This document shows positions 1 through 10,788 of a DNA stretch of 64,000 nt, piece by piece. How positions within the stretch are numbered: position 1 is the first letter of the stretch; the number at the start of each line of letters is the position of its first letter. Below the pieces are notes generated by a model that had not been told where the DNA came from, did no database searches, and saw only the letters and a list, made by a program, of their open reading frames with translations. The position numbers were made by a program, and so were the translations under genes. The stretch lies in assembly GCA_963668625.2 (NCBI GenBank), contig CAXXKA010000005.1:160001-224000 (forward strand), written 5' to 3'. This DNA is from an uncultured candidate division Zixibacteria bacterium (GTDB lineage: Bacteria > Zixibacteria > MSB-5A5 > UBA10806 > 4484-95).

Positions 1-689
1 GTGATTTCAAACTCGAAAATATCAATATCGAATTGAACAAAGGGGAGATACTGGCCCTGGTCGGACCATCCGGTGGCGGCAAATCGACACTGGTTGATCT
101 TCTACCGCGTTTCTATGATGTTAAAAACGGAAGTATTAAAATTGATGGCCATGACCTGCGCGATCTTACCACCATTTCGTTGCGTAATCTCATGGGAATA
201 GTGACCCAGGAGATAATCCTGTTCAACGACACGATCGCTAATAATATCGCATATGGTCAAAGTGATGCTTCGATCAAACAAATCAAAAACGCCGCTAAGC
301 TGGCTTTCGCTGATGGTTTTATCGAGCAATTGCCTGAGGGCTACAACACTATAATCGGAGATCGTGGAGTTAAGCTCTCCGGCGGCCAGAGACAGAGGCT
401 ATCGATAGCCCGGGCGCTTTACAAAGACCCGCCTGTACTTATTTTCGATGAGGCAACCTCCTCGCTCGACACCGAATCGGAACAGCTTATTCAAAAAGCG
501 ATAGACAACCTGCTGACAGGAAGAACCGTTATAGTCGTAGCGCATCGCCTTTCGACAATACGTAACGCCAACCAGATATTGGTTGTCGAGAAGGGCGGCG
601 TAGTCGAGCGCGGCTCGCATGATCAATTACTTAAAACTAACGGAGCATATAAACGCCTTTACGATATGCAATTTACGGATTCCAGATGA
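1..689 (+). CDS. msbA: ABC transporter ATP-binding/permease, MsbA-like (5' truncated by the window edge)
   Basis: Walker A GPSGGGKS, signature LSGGQRQR, Walker B LIFDEATS. The frame is open from position 3 (DFKLENINIEL...). Adjacent to LPS genes. Confidence 0.8.
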   Translation, partial: DFKLENINIELNKGEILALVGPSGGGKSTLVDLLPRFYDVKNGSIKIDGHDLRDLTTISLRNLMGIVTQEIILFNDTIANNIAYGQSDASIKQIKNAAKLAFADGFIEQLPEGYNTIIGDRGVKLSGGQRQRLSIARALYKDPPVLIFDEATSSLDTESEQLIQKAIDNLLTGRTVIVVAHRLSTIRNANQILVVEKGGVVERGSHDQLLKTNGAYKRLYDMQFTDSR

Positions 690-1660
690 GTTTCGGGAAG
701 GTATTATTTATACAGCTTAAGATGCTCGGAGATATACTTATGCTATCTCCGGCTTTGAATGCTTTCAAGCAACGCTATCCCGAGGCCGCTATCGATGTGG
801 TCGTTCAGTCACCGGGCGAGGAGCTTCTGAGGTTAAATCCCAATGTCAATCGAGTGATTACATTTAACCAGGGCAGGTGGTACAATTTTAATAGACAGTT
901 TAAGTTTATTAATCAGATCCGTCAGACTAAATACGATCTGGTCGTAGATTTCCTGGGAAATCCTCGATCAGGACATTACACTTTTTTAAGCGGCGCTCCA
1001 AAACGGCTCGGCTACGAGAACGCTCAATATACATACGCTTATAATATTAAAAATAAAAGAATTCATGGCTACTCGGCTATCTCGAAAATCGAATTTCTAA
1101 GCGTCCTGGATGTTCGAAGTAAGGATTTCAAGCTGGAAATTTATCTGGATGATAATATCGAACCACCTTCAGAGTTTATGAGATTGGCCGGCAAAAAAAT
1201 GGTGGCTATTTCTCCGGTAAGCCTGCTCGAGAAGAAAGTTTGGCCTACCGAGAATTTCGCGGCGATCGTATCGAGGTTGAGTGATGAATTCGGTTTATTT
1301 CCGGTGGTCATTGCCGGACCGAACGAACACCGTTTTTTGGATGATTATTCTAAATACAGTAAATGCGACTACCTGCCTTTATATATTGATAGCATAATGG
1401 CGCTTGGACATGTGTTGCGAGGATGTCGATTGTTCGTGGGCAACGATAACGGGCCAAAACATATAGCAGCCGCCCTGGGCTTGCCGACATACACGGTTTA
1501 TGGTCATTCGAGTGATCCCGATTGCTGGAACTATCCTGATGATCCGCGACATAAATACATTGGAGGCATGAATAAACCCGATTGTATGCCGATTGCCAAT
1601 ATAAGGGTTGATACTGTCTGGAATGACATAAAGGAGTTTGTAGATTCGCTAAATCTGTGA
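686..1660 (+). CDS. Glycosyltransferase family 9 (LPS heptosyltransferase-like)
   Basis: N-terminal LKMLGD motif and C-terminal VGNDNGPKHIAAALG typical of GT9. Confidence 0.9.
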   Translation: MSFGKVLFIQLKMLGDILMLSPALNAFKQRYPEAAIDVVVQSPGEELLRLNPNVNRVITFNQGRWYNFNRQFKFINQIRQTKYDLVVDFLGNPRSGHYTFLSGAPKRLGYENAQYTYAYNIKNKRIHGYSAISKIEFLSVLDVRSKDFKLEIYLDDNIEPPSEFMRLAGKKMVAISPVSLLEKKVWPTENFAAIVSRLSDEFGLFPVVIAGPNEHRFLDDYSKYSKCDYLPLYIDSIMALGHVLRGCRLFVGNDNGPKHIAAALGLPTYTVYGHSSDPDCWNYPDDPRHKYIGGMNKPDCMPIANIRVDTVWNDIKEFVDSLNL

Positions 1661-1728
1661 TAAGATTACGTTTTGTGATGATCATAAGTTGTTAAAACCA
1701 AAAGTAGATTTCTTGCAAGGATAGTAAA

Positions 1729-2868
1729 TTGGAGAGAACTAACGCATATCTCAATAATTTCGCATTCGTTTTATTGATGCTGTACAGTTTCGTCTTGATG
1801 CTGTCCAATGCCTTATCGGAAACTCTGGCAGTAATAATTTTATTTATCTGGATCGCACAGACAATAGCCTACCGACGCAAAAACTGGCTGGAATATCCGC
1901 TAACGATACCTATTTTCGCATTTATAGCAATTAAACTCGTGGTGTTGGTTGTTAGTGGCTATGCAGGCAGTATAAATCTTGTTTTCGAGCAAATGACATT
2001 GCCGCTAATTTATTTCATCGTGCCCGGAATCGTGGTGACCTCCGAGCGAAGACGTACAATAGCCTGGTTAATTATTGCCGGATCGATAGTTGCCGCCTCT
2101 ATTGGCATACTGAAGTTTTTCTCCGGAGCCGTACCTCGAGCTGAATCCATTGTTTCGGGAGTTTATACGCTTTCGGTATTCTTAACTTTTAGCCTGGTGC
2201 TCGTAATCTCGATTTTCGCATACTCCACTAAAGCTAAGGAGAAGGTGTTTTTGGCGTTGGTTTCGATACCGCTTATGGTCTGTATTATTGTCACTTTTAC
2301 GAGGGCTAGTTATGTAGCGGCGCTACTGGGATCAATTATTATCAGTATGGTCAAAGATTGGAAAATATTAATACTAATTATAATAATCATTGCGGCGATT
2401 TTCACTTTCTCACCGGGCGCTAATCAGATGTTAAACCACCGATTCGATTTATCCAATATGGATAGCTTTTATTCTTACCGGGATGTTCTCCTGGAACTTA
2501 GCTTACCGGCAATCGAAAACCCCGGATTTTTCGGTTATGGATTCAACAGTTTCGAAAAAATGATAGACAAAGAAGTCGAGCTGCGAATCGATACTAAGTC
2601 GGTAAACAATTGGCACAATGTATACACTCAGCATCTACTGGATAGCGGACCGCTTTCGATGGTTATTCTGTTTTGGATATTGTTAGCGCAATTAAGGTAT
2701 TCATTCAATATTTTCCGTAAGACGAAAGATACCGAGCAAAAAACTTATCAACTGGCATTTTACGTGATCGTGATCTGTTTTATGTTGTTCGGCCTGGTGA
2801 TGGATCCTTTGCGTGATCCGATCATATCGATGTTTTTCTGGTTACTTATGGGATTATCACTCGTATGA
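1729..2868 (+). CDS. O-antigen ligase (WaaL/Wzy_C) family membrane protein
   Basis: Multiple TM helices, TFTRAS motif, GYGF...HNVY motif; lies between GT9 genes. Confidence 0.8.
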   Translation: MERTNAYLNNFAFVLLMLYSFVLMLSNALSETLAVIILFIWIAQTIAYRRKNWLEYPLTIPIFAFIAIKLVVLVVSGYAGSINLVFEQMTLPLIYFIVPGIVVTSERRRTIAWLIIAGSIVAASIGILKFFSGAVPRAESIVSGVYTLSVFLTFSLVLVISIFAYSTKAKEKVFLALVSIPLMVCIIVTFTRASYVAALLGSIIISMVKDWKILILIIIIIAAIFTFSPGANQMLNHRFDLSNMDSFYSYRDVLLELSLPAIENPGFFGYGFNSFEKMIDKEVELRIDTKSVNNWHNVYTQHLLDSGPLSMVILFWILLAQLRYSFNIFRKTKDTEQKTYQLAFYVIVICFMLFGLVMDPLRDPIISMFFWLLMGLSLV

Positions 2869-2915
2869 TCGATTAATATAGTCGATCGATTTGAAGAATA
2901 AATATCGAAGTTTCT

Positions 2916-3935
2916 ATGCAAAGAATAAAACTGAAGGGTAATGAAAAAGTACTTATAGTCCGTCCCGACAGAATCGGCGATCTCGTATTAACATTGCCTC
3001 TAGCTCAGGTGCTGCGGGATATCCATCCCGGGCTGACAATCGATTTTCTGGTATCCTCATATAACAGCAGTGTTCTTGAATATGCCGTTTATATCGATAA
3101 TTACCTGATGGTCAATAATGATGATAAATCGCGGAAAAGCATAGCCTCTATGATAAACGAAATCGTGTCGAGAAAGTATGATGTGGCGATATTTGCCAAA
3201 CCAGATTTGTTCACCTCGTTCTGTATATTTATGTCTGATATTAAATATCGTATCGGCACAAGCAGGCGCGGATACTCGTTTCTATATAATATGAAAATCG
3301 AACTCGCGCGCCGTCACGCTAACACGCACGAACAGGAACTGAACCTGAGACTTCTGGAACCATTCGGCTTAAAATATGATGATGATTCGATCACGCCGAG
3401 TTTGAATGTTGAACTAGAAAACGATTCGATAAGTGAATTAATACCGGGGGATTTCAAATATATAGTGGTTCACCCGGGTTCAAAAGGCTCGGCGGCAAAC
3501 TGGCCGACCGATAATTATGTTAAATTGATAAACAGGCTAAGCGAATCTCGTAATGTCGTTATTACCGGACAGGGGAAATCGATAGGTACGAATAATGCAC
3601 AGGTTATCGATCTGGTAAATAAGACCGGTTTCGATCAATTAATATCGATACTAAATAATGCCGATTTGTTTATTTCCGGCAGTACCGGGCCTCTTCATAT
3701 TGCCGCCGCGCTCGGAGTGCCCTCTCTCGGGTTATATCCCGATCATCCGGTACTTGGCCCCCACAGGTGGGGACCTCGCGGCAAAAAGGCGGCTTATATA
3801 GAACCGCCAAAACAATCAGGGCATAGGTGTCGTATCAATGATAATGGAAGCTGTGAGTGTATGGCAAAAATCACCGTGGATGATGTTTACCATAAAGCGC
3901 TGGAAATGTTGGGTCAGGGAGTAGCGGCACGATGA
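2916..3935 (+). CDS. Glycosyltransferase family 9
   Basis: RPDRIGDLVL, HPGS..NWP and STGPLHIAAALG motifs. Confidence 0.9.
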   Translation: MQRIKLKGNEKVLIVRPDRIGDLVLTLPLAQVLRDIHPGLTIDFLVSSYNSSVLEYAVYIDNYLMVNNDDKSRKSIASMINEIVSRKYDVAIFAKPDLFTSFCIFMSDIKYRIGTSRRGYSFLYNMKIELARRHANTHEQELNLRLLEPFGLKYDDDSITPSLNVELENDSISELIPGDFKYIVVHPGSKGSAANWPTDNYVKLINRLSESRNVVITGQGKSIGTNNAQVIDLVNKTGFDQLISILNNADLFISGSTGPLHIAAALGVPSLGLYPDHPVLGPHRWGPRGKKAAYIEPPKQSGHRCRINDNGSCECMAKITVDDVYHKALEMLGQGVAAR

Positions 3936-6094
3936 AAAATAAAATGAATCTGGCGCAGTTTATCATATATATAGAATCTTTCAACGCTAATATCAATATA
4001 CCCCTGATTCGCAAGGCGTACGAGTTTTCGGATAAATCCCATGATGGACAGTTCCGAGAATCCGGCGATCATTTCATCGAACACTGCCTGGAGGTGGCGT
4101 TCATTCTGGCCGAGCAACATATGGATTCGACAACGATCGCGGCCGGGTTGATGCATGACGTGGTCGAGGACACCGCCGTAACGATCGATGAGATAAAGCA
4201 GGAGTTCGGCGATGAAATAGCTCATATGGTGGATGGCTTGACGAAGCTATCGGGCTTGATATACAAATCGACCACCACCAAACAAGCCGAGTATTTCCGC
4301 AAGATGCTTTTATCGATGTCCGAGGATGTCAGGATTATCGTGATAAAGCTTGCCGATCGTCTGCACAACATGCGTACTATCGAACCTTTGCCAGAGAAGA
4401 AGAAGCTGAAAATAGCCAAGGAGACTAAAGAGATTTACGCTCCGCTGGCCCATCGTTTTGGTATGGGAAAAGTAAAAGCCGAGCTAGAGGATTTATCGTT
4501 CAAAGTACTCGAACCTGATAGTTATGCATCAATCGAGGAGAAAATCAAGCATAGCCATGGCCAACGCGAGGCTTATATTCAGGAGGTCGTAGTACCTCTC
4601 AAAAAAGTACTGCGTGAAAACAATGTAACCGCCGAGATAACCGGCCGGGCCAAACACTACGATTCTATCTGGCGTAAGATGCACATACGCAACGTGGAAT
4701 TCGATGAGATATACGATTTATTCGCTATACGTGCCACGGTCGAAACCGAGAAGGACTGCTATCATACGCTCGGCCTGGTACATAATATCTGGAAACCGGT
4801 ACCGGAGAGATTCCACGATTATATCGGCAATCCCAAATCCAACATGTATCAGTCCATACATACCACGGTAATAGGACCACGCGGGCGAATGGTTGAAATA
4901 CAGATACGTACCATGACCATGCACTACCGCGCCGAATACGGTATCGCCGCTCATTGGCTATACAAGGAAGGTAAACGAAAATACGATGAGTCGGACAAGC
5001 GGATGGCCTGGATAAGGGAGATACTCGAATGGCAAAAAGAGCTTACCAATCCCGAGGAATTTCTGGAGTATTTCAAAATCGATTTATTTCGGGATGACAT
5101 ATTCGTCTACACGCCGGAGGGAGAGATAAAACATCTACCGAAATTCGCTACTCCTCTGGATTTCGCCTTTGCAGTTCATTCCGATGTCGGTTTTCACTGT
5201 ATCGGGGCGAGGGTGAACAGGAAACTTGTGCCGTTAAACACGACATTGAACTCCGGTGATACGGTAGAAATTTTAACCTCGGCTCATCAACACCCTACTA
5301 ACGATTGGGTGAAGATAGTAAAAACAAGCCGGGCCAAATCAAAAATCAGAAGCTGGCTGAAAGAGCAGGGATTCAACCAGGCGGTTACTCTGGGTTGGGA
5401 GATATTCAACCGTGAACTGAAACGCCTTCATTTGAAACAGCCTGTCGATGACGAAATACTGGAAGTTGCCCAGAACCTGGGCTTTACCGACACCGACACA
5501 TTGATGGCTCGCCTGAGTACCGGGTTAGTTTCTATTACATCCATAATAAATAGAATTCGGCCTCCGCAGAAAGAGAAAGACCCATCGATTCTGGCGAAGC
5601 TGGCTGAACGCGCGAGACGTCACCCTCGGGGTATTAAAGTAAAAGGCGCGGACAACCTGTTGTTCCGTTTCGGTAAATGCTGCCAGCCGTTGCCGGGCGA
5701 GGAAATCATAGGATTCATAACCAGGGGCAGAGGCATAACGATTCACGCAAAGAATTGCGTTAACGCAGTCGCGATTACGGATAAGGAGCGGATGATCGCA
5801 GTCGAGTGGGATGTCGCCAGGGGGCAAAGTTTCCTCATACAGCTTGAGGCGGTCGTGCAGGATAGAAAAAACTTGCTGAGGGAAATCACCGATGTTATTT
5901 CCGAGACGGATATAAACGTGCGAGGCGCGGAGATAAAAGCCGATAGTAACGCCGCGGCCGGAAATCCGACAATGGGCCATTTCCATCTCGAGATCAACAA
6001 CCTCTCTCAACTGCATAAAGCAATCAGCCGCGTGAAAAAAATACCCGGAGTTATTTCAATAATCAGATCATCGGGGAAAACATCGGATGAGTAA
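3932..6094 (+). CDS. rel: Bifunctional (p)ppGpp synthetase/hydrolase (long RSH)
   Basis: HD domain (HDVVEDT, KLADRLHNMRT), synthetase motifs (GRAKH, EIQIRT), TGS domain, CC motif (KCCQP) and ACT domain. Confidence 0.95.
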   Translation: MKNKMNLAQFIIYIESFNANINIPLIRKAYEFSDKSHDGQFRESGDHFIEHCLEVAFILAEQHMDSTTIAAGLMHDVVEDTAVTIDEIKQEFGDEIAHMVDGLTKLSGLIYKSTTTKQAEYFRKMLLSMSEDVRIIVIKLADRLHNMRTIEPLPEKKKLKIAKETKEIYAPLAHRFGMGKVKAELEDLSFKVLEPDSYASIEEKIKHSHGQREAYIQEVVVPLKKVLRENNVTAEITGRAKHYDSIWRKMHIRNVEFDEIYDLFAIRATVETEKDCYHTLGLVHNIWKPVPERFHDYIGNPKSNMYQSIHTTVIGPRGRMVEIQIRTMTMHYRAEYGIAAHWLYKEGKRKYDESDKRMAWIREILEWQKELTNPEEFLEYFKIDLFRDDIFVYTPEGEIKHLPKFATPLDFAFAVHSDVGFHCIGARVNRKLVPLNTTLNSGDTVEILTSAHQHPTNDWVKIVKTSRAKSKIRSWLKEQGFNQAVTLGWEIFNRELKRLHLKQPVDDEILEVAQNLGFTDTDTLMARLSTGLVSITSIINRIRPPQKEKDPSILAKLAERARRHPRGIKVKGADNLLFRFGKCCQPLPGEEIIGFITRGRGITIHAKNCVNAVAITDKERMIAVEWDVARGQSFLIQLEAVVQDRKNLLREITDVISETDINVRGAEIKADSNAAAGNPTMGHFHLEINNLSQLHKAISRVKKIPGVISIIRSSGKTSDE

Positions 6095-6785
6095 AAATAT
6101 TTACCTCAAATCAACAGCTAATATAAACTATCTCGACTACAGCGAATTCATGGGAACGTCTTGCGGCATCGTTATTAAAAACGATTTGCTCGTTAAAGAA
6201 AGTGCGCCCGAGTTTATCGCTGGCAACATTCTTGGAATTTCCGAAAATAACATTACTCCGATCACGCTCAACCAGAAACACACGAATGTTATTGTTACGC
6301 CCGGTGATGATTTGAAACAGCCTGCTGATGGCGTTTACACGGATAAAAACGATTACGTGTTGATCATCAGAACAGCCGACTGTTTCCCGGTCATGCTTTA
6401 CGATGGCAACATACTGGCCGCGATCCATGCCGGCTGGCGAAGTGTTTTCACGGGTATACTAAAGGAATTTTTCACTGAGGTAAAAGAGTTCGATATTGCC
6501 AACGCCAAAGCTGTCGTATCGCCGGGCATAAGGGAATGTTGTTTCGAGGTGTCGCCGGATGTCTTTATTCTGTTCGATAGCAAATACCGGGTAAAAAACG
6601 ATAAAGGTTGTTTTATAGATCTGAAAAGTTTAATACTTGACGAGTTGAAGGCATATGGCGTAAATTCTATACTTGATAACACTGTCTGTACGTCATGCAA
6701 TAACGATAAATACTATTCGTACAGACGTGAGGGAAGCAACGTTAAGCAGATGTTTAGTTACATCTATAAAGGAGCATCAAGATGA
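6087..6785 (+). CDS. pgeF: PgeF/YfiH (purine nucleoside phosphorylase / peptidoglycan editing factor)
   Basis: QKH, ADG, TADC, HAGWR and SYRR motifs. Confidence 0.85.
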   Translation: MSKNIYLKSTANINYLDYSEFMGTSCGIVIKNDLLVKESAPEFIAGNILGISENNITPITLNQKHTNVIVTPGDDLKQPADGVYTDKNDYVLIIRTADCFPVMLYDGNILAAIHAGWRSVFTGILKEFFTEVKEFDIANAKAVVSPGIRECCFEVSPDVFILFDSKYRVKNDKGCFIDLKSLILDELKAYGVNSILDNTVCTSCNNDKYYSYRREGSNVKQMFSYIYKGASR

Positions 6786-7414
6786 AAAAATTAATTTCGA
6801 TTACGTTACTTACATTGTTATTCAGCGTACCGTCATTCGCATTAACCGGACTGGGTATTGGCATACACGGCGGCCAAACCAGCAACTACAGCAGCGACCT
6901 TCTGGACAACAATCTGGGGGATATAACCGATTCTCTGGGGTTGAGCATCGGTGACACGTCTTTCGATGAGGAACTGTATAATATCGGCGCTCATATCAAG
7001 GTCGGAACGTTACCGCTTATCGATTTTTACGGTTTCGTGGATTATAGCTGGAAGAAAAAAGAGATTACCAATGGTTTGGATTTTCGTATCTCGGATGTCG
7101 CCGTTGGCGTTTCAGCACGCAAAGGACTGGGCGTAGCCATGCTGAAGCCATTCGCAGGCGCTGGTTTCGAAATTCACCACCTGGCCTATTCGCTGGAAAC
7201 GGATGCCGTTGAATTTAACGGCATACCCGTAGCCGCGCTGGTAGTGCCGTCCAACCAGAACAAAATCGGATATCATTTTCTATTAGGAGTGGAACTTAAT
7301 TTACCGGTTTTTCCCGTCGATCCATACATTCAGTATAAGTACAACTGGATAACCACCGATGATGAGCCGACCAAATACGGTATGATCGAAGCGGGATTGA
7401 CATTCAGTTTATAA
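6782..7414 (+). CDS. Outer-membrane beta-barrel protein (OmpA/porin-like, small)
   Basis: Signal peptide, alternating amphipathic strands, terminal AGLTFSL. Confidence 0.7.
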   Translation: MKKLISITLLTLLFSVPSFALTGLGIGIHGGQTSNYSSDLLDNNLGDITDSLGLSIGDTSFDEELYNIGAHIKVGTLPLIDFYGFVDYSWKKKEITNGLDFRISDVAVGVSARKGLGVAMLKPFAGAGFEIHHLAYSLETDAVEFNGIPVAALVVPSNQNKIGYHFLLGVELNLPVFPVDPYIQYKYNWITTDDEPTKYGMIEAGLTFSL

Positions 7415-7433
7415 TCACTAAGGAGGTTTTCCA

Positions 7434-8033
7434 TTGAAACGTAATTTAACATTCTCACTATTAATAGTGATATTGACAGCTTCACTGGCATCCGCGCAGT
7501 TTACACCTCAACTATTTCCGGCCTTAACGCAGCCCAAAGGTACCTCGCAGGTTTTCGGGAATATCGGCATCTACGATAATTTCACCGAAATAGCCGGCGG
7601 CTACAAATACGGTATCGGCGGCTACAGCGATTTCGACGTTCGCCTGGGTATAATCGATCCCGATCATGGTGATACTGGATTCTTGTTAGCCGGCAATTTC
7701 CGTTACCAGGTGATGGAAGTACGCATCGAGGATCCGGTCGATATGTCCGTCGGTGGTTTATTCGAAACCGTCATAGGCTGGGATGCATCCAATTTCAGTA
7801 TCGGGGCGTTCGGCGTAGGTTCGATACCGATCGCTATAAACGAGGAAAAAGACATTACGCCCTACGGTCGCTTGACTTTGCGTATAGACAAATACGAGAG
7901 TGACTCGGAGTTCAACATAGCTTTGAATCTGGGTTCAAAGTACGACCTGAATGAAACTATGGCTTTATCCGCGGAATTTAACATAGAAAGCGACTATTTC
8001 GGTTTCATAGTGTCGTATATGTACGGGTTATAA
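7434..8033 (+). CDS. Putative small outer-membrane beta-barrel protein
   Basis: TTG start after AGGAGG, signal peptide (ASA-Q), Gly/aromatic alternating strands. Confidence 0.6.
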   Translation: MKRNLTFSLLIVILTASLASAQFTPQLFPALTQPKGTSQVFGNIGIYDNFTEIAGGYKYGIGGYSDFDVRLGIIDPDHGDTGFLLAGNFRYQVMEVRIEDPVDMSVGGLFETVIGWDASNFSIGAFGVGSIPIAINEEKDITPYGRLTLRIDKYESDSEFNIALNLGSKYDLNETMALSAEFNIESDYFGFIVSYMYGL

Positions 8034-8034
8034 C

Positions 8035-8823
8035 TTGGATTTACTAACAAGCATTATCCTGGGCACACTTCAGGGACTGACGGAATTTCTGCCGGTATCG
8101 AGTTCGGGGCACCTGGTGCTGGCCGAACGAATCCTGGGCAGTAATGCATCCTCGGGTTTATTTTTCGAGGTGATGGTGCATTTCGCGACCATGATTTCAG
8201 TCGTGATATTTTTCCGCAAAAAAATCGGACGGTTGATAATGAGTTTAATACCGCCCTATACCGAGGATAAAAAGCCGATTTTAAAGCTGGCGATTATAAT
8301 CGTTATAGGCACCATACCGGCGGTAATATTAGGATTGGGTTTCGAGGATCAGATAGAATCGGCTTTCGGCTCGGCTAAGGTAGCGGCCATAATGCTAATC
8401 GTCACCTCGATGATATTACTTTCCACCAGGCTGAGAAAGCATGGTAAAAAAACACTTGGCTATGGCAGCGGCTTTCTTGTCGGCGTAGCTCAATCGTTGG
8501 CTTTGATGCCGGGGATATCACGTTCGGGCACGACTATTTCGGCCGGGCTGCATCTGGGAATAGACCCGGGCGAGGCAGCCGAATTCTCGTTTCTGCTCTC
8601 GTTGCCGGCTGTATTCGGCGCGACTATTCTAAAATCATTTCAACTGGCTCAGGAACCGGTAAACGGTAGCGAGATAGGCATATATATAGCCGGTGCGATT
8701 GCCGCATTCGTGGTTGGTTATATATCGATTGCCTGGTTGATGAAGATGATCAAAAGAGGTCAATTCTTTTATTTCGGGATTTACTGCCTGCTGGTGGGAA
8801 TCGCGGGGGTTATATGGCTGTAA
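8035..8823 (+). CDS. uppP: Undecaprenyl-diphosphatase
   Basis: QGLTEFLPVSSSGH and PGISRSG motifs. Confidence 0.95.
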   Translation: MDLLTSIILGTLQGLTEFLPVSSSGHLVLAERILGSNASSGLFFEVMVHFATMISVVIFFRKKIGRLIMSLIPPYTEDKKPILKLAIIIVIGTIPAVILGLGFEDQIESAFGSAKVAAIMLIVTSMILLSTRLRKHGKKTLGYGSGFLVGVAQSLALMPGISRSGTTISAGLHLGIDPGEAAEFSFLLSLPAVFGATILKSFQLAQEPVNGSEIGIYIAGAIAAFVVGYISIAWLMKMIKRGQFFYFGIYCLLVGIAGVIWL

Positions 8824-9821
8824 AGATGAGGAAAGTTCTCATCACTCGAATGAGCGCAATGGGGGATGTCATTCTGGCATTACCCGTGGCCATGGCGATC
8901 AAAGATCACGATCCGAGTATCAGGGTGGATTTCCTGACGAAAATAGAGTATGCCTCGCTATTCGATCAATTCCCGGCCGTGGATGTCGCTTATGGTTATT
9001 CAGGTAAAGTCTGGGAGCTTATCAAGAAGCTCCAAGCCGAAAAATATGACACCGTCATCGACCTGCAGAAAAATCCCCGTAGCCTGATTATCACCGCTGC
9101 GCTTAATCCCAAAAACGTGGCGGGTTATCCAAAAAGAAGAATCAAGCGCGAACTCATAATTCGTCAACCTAAATGGAACCTTCAAGCAGGACATACGGTA
9201 GATGCCTATTTCAAGGCGCTCACCCGATTGAAAGTGCAACCGGTTTCCCGCCGCCCGAAAGTAGTGCTGCAACCGGAGGTAGAGAAATACGGCGATGATT
9301 TTATCAGGAACACCGGTTTCTCCGGCAAAGTGATCGGGCTTTGTCCCGGCTCCAAACATTATGAAAAGAGATGGTTAAAATACGATGAGTTGGGGAAGTT
9401 GCTGATAAAAGATGATGATAAAAACGTTGTCGTATTCACCGGCCCCTCGGATGATTTCGATTCCAACCTGAACATCGGCTCGGAAAAAATCGTGGCGGCT
9501 CATAACCTCAGTCTCGATAAAGTAGCCGGCGTGATGAATAAGTGCGATATAGTCGTGACCAACGATTCGGGCTTGATGCATCTTGCCGTTTCGCTCTCGG
9601 TACCGGTAGTAGCGATATTCGGCCCCACGCATCCCTCGCTTGGTTTTTCGCCCCTGGGGAAACGCGATACCGTTATTTGTGATAATGTAAATTGTTCGCC
9701 CTGTAGTTTGCATGGCGAGAAAAAGTGCAAAAAAATCAGCAAATATTGTTTCGATGATATCACTCCGGAGAGAGTAAAATCAATGATAGAAAAAACGCTA
9801 TATGAGGAAAGTGCAAGCTAA
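8814..9821 (+). CDS. Glycosyltransferase family 9 (WaaF-like heptosyltransferase)
   Basis: RMSAMGDVIL, TNDSGLMHLA and FGPT motifs; C-terminal CSPCSLHG...C. Confidence 0.9.
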   Translation: MAVKMRKVLITRMSAMGDVILALPVAMAIKDHDPSIRVDFLTKIEYASLFDQFPAVDVAYGYSGKVWELIKKLQAEKYDTVIDLQKNPRSLIITAALNPKNVAGYPKRRIKRELIIRQPKWNLQAGHTVDAYFKALTRLKVQPVSRRPKVVLQPEVEKYGDDFIRNTGFSGKVIGLCPGSKHYEKRWLKYDELGKLLIKDDDKNVVVFTGPSDDFDSNLNIGSEKIVAAHNLSLDKVAGVMNKCDIVVTNDSGLMHLAVSLSVPVVAIFGPTHPSLGFSPLGKRDTVICDNVNCSPCSLHGEKKCKKISKYCFDDITPERVKSMIEKTLYEESAS

Positions 9822-10788
9822 ATACTTTAGCAAGCTTGAGCATAAGCTCATTCGATGCGAACTCTGCCCGGTAAATTGCAAGATCAAGCCGGGCAAGCAT
9901 GGTATCTGTAAGTTAAGGTTAAACGATGATGGCGAGCTGATAGCGGATGGCTATGGTAAGGTAGTATCTCTATCGATCGATCCGATAGAGAAAAAACCAT
10001 TGTATCATTTCCATCCCGGCAAACCGATATTATCGACCGGTCCCAACGGCTGTAACCTTCGTTGCCCTTTCTGTCAGAACTGGCAGATATCACAGGAGAA
10101 CGTACCGACTCAATACGTAAGTCCCGAACAGCTTGCAGAGTTGGGAGGGCGGCAAAACTCTATCGGTGTGGCGTTCACCTATACCGAGCCGCTAATCTGG
10201 TATGAATACTTATATGATACTGCTCTTTTACTCAGGGAATGCGGCTTGAAAGTCGTCGTGGTCAGTAACGGTTATCTCAATGAGCAACCCGCCCGAGAGC
10301 TGTTCGGAATAGTGGATGCCGCCAATATCGATTTGAAATCAGCCTCGCCGGAATTCTATCGTGATACCTGCCGGGGCAACCGGGATGATGTTTTGAGGAC
10401 TATACGTATCGCGCATGAGATGAATGTAGCGCTTGAGGTCACGAATTTGCTGATAACCGGCGAAAACGACAGCGAGGATGATATAAAAGCGATAGTCGAT
10501 TTAATTGCCGAGATCGACCCGCTAATCCCGTTTCATATTTCGCGCTATTTCCCTAACTATAAATACGATAACGCTCCCACGCCATTGGGCTCGCTCGAAA
10601 GAGCGGTCAATATCGCTCGTGAAAAACTTGCCTATGTATACCCTGGGAATTATATTGATAACTCGGACACACGCTGTCCGCAGTGCGGGCATGTGCTGGT
10701 AAAACGTAATGGTTATCACATCGATCTGCCTCATGGTGAGATCGGGAATTGTCCCGAATGCGGACGAGCTGTTGATATCAAATGGTAA
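9802..10788 (+). CDS. amrS: AmmeMemoRadiSam system radical SAM enzyme
   Basis: CELCPVNC, DPIEKKPLYHF, CNLRCPFCQNWQISQ and TYTEP motifs. Confidence 0.9.
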   Translation: MRKVQAKYFSKLEHKLIRCELCPVNCKIKPGKHGICKLRLNDDGELIADGYGKVVSLSIDPIEKKPLYHFHPGKPILSTGPNGCNLRCPFCQNWQISQENVPTQYVSPEQLAELGGRQNSIGVAFTYTEPLIWYEYLYDTALLLRECGLKVVVVSNGYLNEQPARELFGIVDAANIDLKSASPEFYRDTCRGNRDDVLRTIRIAHEMNVALEVTNLLITGENDSEDDIKAIVDLIAEIDPLIPFHISRYFPNYKYDNAPTPLGSLERAVNIAREKLAYVYPGNYIDNSDTRCPQCGHVLVKRNGYHIDLPHGEIGNCPECGRAVDIKW

